Origin: an uncultured Spirochaetota bacterium
Lineage (GTDB): Bacteria > Spirochaetota > Spirochaetia > SZUA-6 > Fen-1364
Assembly (NCBI GenBank): GCA_963820525.1
Contig: CAWGAA010000002.1
Location: 320,001-384,000 of the forward strand
Length of the DNA stretch: 64,000 bases
Direction: 5' to 3'
In this document: positions 59,001-64,000 of the stretch, in pieces
Position numbering within the stretch: position 1 is the stretch's first letter
How the letters are laid out: every line of letters begins with the position of its first letter
The notes under the pieces: model-generated
Database searches by the model: none
Told to the model about the DNA's origin: nothing
What the model saw: only the letters and a program-made list of their open reading frames with translations
Position numbers and translations under genes: made by a program

Positions 59001-59515
59001 TGATCGAGGCCAAGCTGAAGGCCGCCAAGCTTCCGGAGAACTCGAAGGTGACCCTCTTTGACGGGCTCAACGGCGAGGCCTTCGAAAACCAGATCACGGT
59101 GGGGACCATCTACATTCTCAAGCTCCATCACCTGGTGGACGACAAGATGCACGCCCGCTCGACGGGGCCCTACTCCCTGGTGACCCAGCAGCCGTTGGGC
59201 GGCAAGGCCCAGTTCGGCGGCCAGAGGCTGGGAGAGATGGAAGTGTGGGCGCTGGAAGCCTACGGCGCTGCCAACACGCTCCAGGAGCTCCTCACGGTGA
59301 AGTCCGACGACATGATGGGCCGCGCGAAGATCTACGAGAGCATCGTGAAGGGGGAGATATCGACCAGCCCCGATATCCCGGAAAGCTTCAATGTGCTCGT
59401 CCAGGAGCTCCGGGGTCTGGCCTTGGATATCAGCATCTTTGACCTTAAGAACAAGCAGATCGCGCTCACGGAGCGCGATGAGGAGCTCATCGACCGGCAG
59501 ATGAGCAGGTTTTAG
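56018..59515 (+). CDS. rpoB: RNA polymerase beta subunit
   Basis: [37 protein letters not shown] and [11 protein letters not shown] 56018 preferred over TTG 56000. Confidence 0.99.
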   Translation: MILDKSKKISRIVFGRGYEDVMEIPNLIDIQLFSYERFLQRKTLQKAEPPLKQGLEEVFLSTFPIESPNGDMMLEYQGYSLDEHNIKFSELACKQKGLTFAIPLKAKINLIFLNTGEIRQKEIYMGDIPIMTDKGTFVINGAERVVVSQIHRSPGVIFSHEKGVYSSRIIPYRGSWLEFEIDQKKELIYAKIDRKKRILATIFLRALGHESRESIIELFYKTEKAKVSDSREARDKVVGRNFARDVVVQEGEVSKKLYRAGDKIHPHDVDELTHVGVKEIELIDFDHDESLHSAIILNCFEREEMKFSKEDPEHDEISKDEAILRVYSIIKPGEPITIENAEKDLHSMFFSSRRYDLGRVGRYKLNKKFDYKEIVKTHTLIQEDIINTMTWLIQVYIGEMNVDDIDHLGNRRVRSVGELLTNQLKVAFTRMERIAKERMSLKEADTIKPQDLISIKPIVATIKEFFGSSQLSQFMDQVNPLAELTHKRRLNALGPGGLSRDRAGFEVRDVHYTHYGRMCPIETPEGPNIGLIVSLANYTRVNEYGFLETPYRKVVKGKVTDQIEYLSAMDEERYFIAQANAALSPKGEFLEKQIPVRKGGDYITRPPEDIQYMDVSPKQVISVSASLIPFLEHDDANRALMGSNMQRQAVPLIQPEPPRVGTGMEARTAYDSGVMVLAKRAGTVTYVTSLEVHVKPDEARRDNDLYVLQKYQRTNQDTCYNQKPIVSVGQHLDSGAVIADGPATYQGELALGRNLLCAFMPWNGYNYEDAILISEKVVQDDLFSSIHIKEFSVEVRETKLGPEKITRDIPNTNEHAFEQLDDEGIIRVGAMVKAGSILVGKVTPKSETDSTPEFKLLNSIFGEKAKEVRDTSLRVPHGVEGTIIDVQRLRRANGDELDPGVEEVVKVLIAAKRKLQEGDKLAGRHGNKGVVARVLPIEEMPYMEDGTPIDIVLNPLGVPSRMNLGQIMETELGWAGSALDEWYSTPVFQSASNEMIEAKLKAAKLPENSKVTLFDGLNGEAFENQITVGTIYILKLHHLVDDKMHARSTGPYSLVTQQPLGGKAQFGGQRLGEMEVWALEAYGAANTLQELLTVKSDDMMGRAKIYESIVKGEISTSPDIPESFNVLVQELRGLALDISIFDLKNKQIALTERDEELIDRQMSRF

Positions 59516-59710
59516 CCCGCGGGCGTCGACCGAGCCCGAATGGGCGAGGTGACACCCGCACCGCGTCGCCGCGAAAGCGGGACACGGGCAACGCCGGCGT
59601 CGGCCGAGTTCCGCGTTTCGCTATGCGAAACGCTAGACGAGGCGACACCGGCAGCGCGGAAGCGCGCGCCGGCGCGCATTCGCGGCGGCGAATGCGCATG
59701 GGGAGGATAC

Positions 59711-62700
59711 ATGCGAAACCTTCAGGATTTCGATCACATACTCATCAAGCTCGCTTCTCCCGACCAGATCCGGGCGTGGTCGTACGGCGAGGTGAAGAAG
59801 CCGGAGACCATCAACTACCGGACCCTCAGGCCGGAGAAGGACGGGCTGTTCTGCGAGCGGATCTTCGGCACCACCAAGGAATGGGAGTGCTACTGCGGGA
59901 AGTTCAAGTCGATCCGCTACAAGGGAGTCATCTGCGACCGCTGCGGCGTGGAAGTGACGCACTTCAAGGTCCGCCGCGAGCGCATGGGGCACATCGAGCT
60001 TGCGGCTCCCGTGGCCCACATCTGGTACTACAGATCGGTGCCCTCCCGCATCGGGCTCTTCCTGGACCTTCCCATCGTGGCGCTGCGCTCAATTCTCTTC
60101 TATGAGAAATACATCGTCATAGATCCGGGCGACACGGAGCTGAAGAAGATGCAGATCCTCACGGAGGAGGAGTACCTGGAGGCGCGCGAGCGCTACGGCA
60201 TGTCCTTCACCGCCGGGATGGGAGCCGAGGCCGTGCGCACCCTGCTGGAGGCCGTCGACATCGACAGCCTGGCGGAGGAGCTTCGCCGCAAGATGATCGA
60301 CAAGGGAGCCAAGGCGGACAAGAGGCTCTTGAAGAGAATCGAGCTTGTGGAGAAGTTCCGGGCTTCCACCAACAAGCCGGAGTGGATGATCCTGGAGGTC
60401 ATCCCCGTGATCCCGCCCGAGCTTCGCCCCATGGTCCAGCTCGACGGCGGACGTTTCGCCACGTCGGACCTCAACGACCTGTACCGCCGGGTGATCAACA
60501 GGAACAACCGCTTGAAGAGGCTCCTCGCGCTTTCCGCCCCGGACATCATCATCAGGAACGAGAAGAGGATGCTCCAGGAGGCGGTGGACGCGCTGTTCGA
60601 CAACTCGAAGAAGAAGAGGGTTGTGAAGGGCGCGGCCAACAGGCCGCTGAAGTCCCTCTCCGACATGCTGAAGGGCAAGCAGGGACGCTTCCGCCAGAAC
60701 CTCCTGGGAAAGCGCGTCGACTATTCGGGACGCTCCGTCATCGTCGTTGGACCCGAGCTCAAGCTGCACCAGTGCGGCCTGCCCTCCAAGATGGCCCTGG
60801 AGCTCTTCAAGCCCTTCATCATGAGGAAGCTCGTCCAGAAGGACGTGGTCTACAACATCAAGAAGGCCAAGACCCTCGTGGAGCAGGAGAGCGCAGAGGT
60901 CTGGGCGGTGCTCGAGGAGGTGGTTCAGGAGCACCCCGTCATGCTGAACAGGGCTCCCACCCTCCACCGCCTCGGCATCCAGGCATTCGAGCCCATTTTG
61001 GTTGAAGGAAAGGCGATCAAGCTCCATCCCCTGGTCTGCCACGCCTTCAATGCGGATTTCGACGGAGACCAGATGGCGGTGCACGTGCCGCTGACACCCG
61101 AGGCACAGACCGAGTGCTGGACGCTTCTGCTTTCCGCCAAAAACCTCTTGAACCCCGCCAACGGGCACCCCATCGCGGTTCCCACCCAGGACATGGTGCT
61201 GGGGATCAACTACCTCACCCGCGAGAGGAAGGGAGCCAAGGGCGAGGGCAAGCATTTCTCGTCCCCCGAGGAGGTCATCCTGGCCGTGGATGCAAAGGGC
61301 GTCGACTACCAGGCGGCGGTCAAGGTGAAACGGGAAGGCACGTGGATCGACACAACCCCCGGCCGGATCATCCTCAATGACAACATTCCCCAGAATATGG
61401 GGTTCCTCAACTACTCCATGGGAGAGAAGGAGCTGTTGAACCTCATCGCCGTCTGCTACAAGGAGCAGGGCCCGGCCGTGACCGTCAAGATGCTGGACGC
61501 GGTGAAGGATCTCGGCTTCAAGTACGCCACCCGCTTCGGCGCCACGATCGGAATGGACGACATCGTCATCCCCGAGGCCAAGCGTGAGCTCATCAAGGAC
61601 GCCAACCAGAAGGTGGACGAGATCCAGCGCCAGTACCTCCAGGGCCACATCACCAATGAGGAGCGCTACAACCGGGTCATCGAGGTGTGGAGCACCACCA
61701 ACGAGCTCATCACCAACGAGCTCATGGACGAGCTTCGAAAGGACAAGGAAGGCTTCAACCCCGTGTTCATGATGGCCAACTCGGGGGCCCGCGGAAGCAG
61801 GAGCCAGATCCGCCAGCTCGCCGGGATGCGCGGCCTCATGGCCAAGCCGTCGGGCGACATCATCGAGCTTCCCATCCGCTCCAATTTCAAGGAGGGGCTC
61901 TCCGTCATCGAGTTCTTCATCTCCACCAACGGCGCGCGGAAAGGCTTGGCGGACACCGCCTTGAAGACCGCTGATGCCGGCTACCTCACGCGGCGCCTCG
62001 TGGATATCGCCCAGGACGTGGTGGTGAGCGAGGAGGACTGCGGCACCATCAACGGAATCGACCGCCGCGCCATCAAGGACGGGGAGGACATCGTCGAGCG
62101 CCTCAAGGACCGCGTCCAGGGAAGGTTCGTGCTGGAGAGGATCAAGCACCCCATCACGGGAGAGATCATCGTCGACGTCAACCAGGAAATCACCGACGAA
62201 ATCGGGGATGCCATCGAGGAGGCGGGAATCGAGAGCGTGCGGATCCGCTCGGTCCTGACCTGCGACTCGAAGTACGGGGTGTGCGCCAAGTGCTACGGGC
62301 GAAACCTCGCCACCTACAAGCCCGTGGAGATCGGGGAGGCGGTGGGCATCATCGCGGCCCAGTCCATCGGCCAGCCCGGCACCCAGCTCACGATGAGGAC
62401 GTTCCACATCGGAGGGGCGGCCACCAAGATCTCCGAGGAGAACAGGATCTACCTCAAGTACCCGGTCTGGGTGGAATCCATCCAGGGCACCACGGTGAAG
62501 CTGGACAACGGCAACATGCTCTTTACCCGCAAGGGAAGCCTCTCCGTGCACAAGATCCTCGCCAGCTACGATCTGCAGAAGGGCGACAAGGTCCTGGTCA
62601 AGGACGGCCAGAGGCTGACGAAGCACGGCCCCGAGCCGATCATCCAGAGAAAGGGCGAGACGATCGAGAGCAAGGAGATCTGCTACGTGAAGCTCCTGCC

Positions 62701-63973
62701 CAGCAAGCTGCTCCTCATCGCCCAGGCCCAGCGCATCGACATCAGAAACGGCGCCGAGCTCTCCGTGAAGGAGAAGGACGGCGTGCCCGCCGAGGAGACG
62801 ATCGCCTTCTTCGACCCGTTCAGCGAGCCCATCATCTCCGAGGCGAGCGGAACCATCCGCTTCCACGACATCGTGCTGGGCACCACCCTGAAGGAAGAGG
62901 TGAACGAGGACACGGGCAAGATCGAAAAAAAGATCGCCGACTATTCCCTGGAGAGCCTCCAGCCCCGCATCACCATCGAGAACGACCAGGGAGAGGAGCT
63001 CGCCGGCTACTTCATCCCCGGAAACGCCTACCTCAACATCGAGGACGGGGAAAAGGTGAAGGCGGGCCGCATCATCGCCAAGCTGCTTCGGGAAAGCGTC
63101 AAGACCAGCGACATCACGGGAGGGCTTCCCCGCGTCGGCGAGCTGTTCGAGGCCCGCCGGCCCAAGAACCCCGCGGTGCTGGCAAAGGTGAGCGGGATCG
63201 TCTCGTTCAAGGGAATCGTGAAGGGCAAGCGCGTGATCGTGGTCACCGACCCCTTCGATCGCGAGTTCAAGCACCTCGTTCCCATGGGCAAGCACCTTCT
63301 GGTGCGCGAGGCCGACGAGGTGGGGGCCGGAGACCCGTTGTGCGACGGCGCCGTGGACCCCCACGACATCCTGCAGATCCTCGGAGAGAACGACCTGCAC
63401 GGCTACCTCCTGAACGAGATCCAGGAGGTCTACCGGCTGCAGGGCGTGCGGATCAACGACAAGCACATCGGCGTCATCGTCCGCCAGATGATGAAGAAGG
63501 TGGAGATCGTCGACGTGGGCGATACCAATTTCATCTACGGCCAGCAGGTGGACCGCTACAAGTTCCACGAAGAGAACAAGAAGGTCATCCGCGAGGGAGG
63601 CCAGCCCGCCGTGGCGCGGCCAATCCTGCTGGGGATCACGCGCGTTTCGCTGAACATCGACTCTTGGCTGTCGGCCGCCTCCTTCCAGGAGACCACCCGC
63701 GTGCTCACCAACGCCTCCATCTCGGGTTCCGTGGATCACCTGCGCGGCCTGAAGGAGAATGTGATCATCGGGCACCTCATTCCCGCGGGGACCGGCATGA
63801 AGAAATATCGCGAGATCAAGCTGTTCGACGAGAACATGGAAGACCTCGATATCTCGATCAACAAGATCATCGAGGAGAAGAAGAAGGAGCGCGAACTGAA
63901 GGCGATGATCGAGGCTGAAAAGGTGGTGACGGCTCCCACGCCGGAGAGCCTCCTTTCCACGGGAGTGGAATGA
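59711..63973 (+). CDS. rpoC: RNA polymerase beta' subunit
   Basis: PETINYRT, Zn finger, NADFDGD, GEAVG and ASFQET; ATG 59711 after GGAGG SD. Confidence 0.99.
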   Translation: MRNLQDFDHILIKLASPDQIRAWSYGEVKKPETINYRTLRPEKDGLFCERIFGTTKEWECYCGKFKSIRYKGVICDRCGVEVTHFKVRRERMGHIELAAPVAHIWYYRSVPSRIGLFLDLPIVALRSILFYEKYIVIDPGDTELKKMQILTEEEYLEARERYGMSFTAGMGAEAVRTLLEAVDIDSLAEELRRKMIDKGAKADKRLLKRIELVEKFRASTNKPEWMILEVIPVIPPELRPMVQLDGGRFATSDLNDLYRRVINRNNRLKRLLALSAPDIIIRNEKRMLQEAVDALFDNSKKKRVVKGAANRPLKSLSDMLKGKQGRFRQNLLGKRVDYSGRSVIVVGPELKLHQCGLPSKMALELFKPFIMRKLVQKDVVYNIKKAKTLVEQESAEVWAVLEEVVQEHPVMLNRAPTLHRLGIQAFEPILVEGKAIKLHPLVCHAFNADFDGDQMAVHVPLTPEAQTECWTLLLSAKNLLNPANGHPIAVPTQDMVLGINYLTRERKGAKGEGKHFSSPEEVILAVDAKGVDYQAAVKVKREGTWIDTTPGRIILNDNIPQNMGFLNYSMGEKELLNLIAVCYKEQGPAVTVKMLDAVKDLGFKYATRFGATIGMDDIVIPEAKRELIKDANQKVDEIQRQYLQGHITNEERYNRVIEVWSTTNELITNELMDELRKDKEGFNPVFMMANSGARGSRSQIRQLAGMRGLMAKPSGDIIELPIRSNFKEGLSVIEFFISTNGARKGLADTALKTADAGYLTRRLVDIAQDVVVSEEDCGTINGIDRRAIKDGEDIVERLKDRVQGRFVLERIKHPITGEIIVDVNQEITDEIGDAIEEAGIESVRIRSVLTCDSKYGVCAKCYGRNLATYKPVEIGEAVGIIAAQSIGQPGTQLTMRTFHIGGAATKISEENRIYLKYPVWVESIQGTTVKLDNGNMLFTRKGSLSVHKILASYDLQKGDKVLVKDGQRLTKHGPEPIIQRKGETIESKEICYVKLLPSKLLLIAQAQRIDIRNGAELSVKEKDGVPAEETIAFFDPFSEPIISEASGTIRFHDIVLGTTLKEEVNEDTGKIEKKIADYSLESLQPRITIENDQGEELAGYFIPGNAYLNIEDGEKVKAGRIIAKLLRESVKTSDITGGLPRVGELFEARRPKNPAVLAKVSGIVSFKGIVKGKRVIVVTDPFDREFKHLVPMGKHLLVREADEVGAGDPLCDGAVDPHDILQILGENDLHGYLLNEIQEVYRLQGVRINDKHIGVIVRQMMKKVEIVDVGDTNFIYGQQVDRYKFHEENKKVIREGGQPAVARPILLGITRVSLNIDSWLSAASFQETTRVLTNASISGSVDHLRGLKENVIIGHLIPAGTGMKKYREIKLFDENMEDLDISINKIIEEKKKERELKAMIEAEKVVTAPTPESLLSTGVE

Positions 63974-64000
63974 TTCGCCGGCCCGATTGCTTCGCTTTTT

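Noticed and set aside
60089..63775. 1228-aa antisense ORF, plus similar ones at 55994-58096, 37449-39392, 26136-28067 and 17366-19087
   Set aside because: Shadow ORFs mirroring real genes in GC3-rich DNA; no recognisable motifs or start signals.

Overview
High-GC bacterial chromosome segment, most likely from a spirochaete. This is an inference from the gene orders rpmG-tRNA-Trp-secE-nusG-rplKAJL-rpoB-rpoC (no tuf) and dnaE-(PHP)-yggT-recG, and from signal-peptide style. The left arm (1-28.75 kb) holds an FGGY kinase and an FMN-riboswitch operon: a frameshifted ABC ATPase-permease fusion, an NMT1/THI5 (RibY-like) binding protein and a DUF89/ARMT1 phosphatase. It continues with bioY, an MFS gene, a BMP-type ABC operon, ligA, a SPOR protein, loaP-capD-degT, DUF4432 and dnaE-PHP-yggT-recG-rsmD. 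A ~23 kb accessory block (28.75-52.2 kb) lies between rsmD and tRNA-Thr. It carries a LacI-regulated sugar ABC operon with a decayed ATPase remnant, a solo nucleotidyltransferase, a large unknown ORF, a seven-gene defence operon and a PadR/MacB-type efflux module. The defence operon is the most interesting element. Its restriction-like core (SNF2 helicase-DUF3883 nuclease, DUF1156 adenine methyltransferase, DUF499 ATPase) has two modules nested inside it: an AAA_21 ATPase plus TOPRIM-like DUF4276 pair, and an MNT-HEPN pair. The right arm (52.2-64 kb) is the core tRNA/ribosomal protein/RNA polymerase cluster with structured leaders. No CRISPR array, integrase or transposase was seen. All family assignments come from motif recognition by eye, not database searches.
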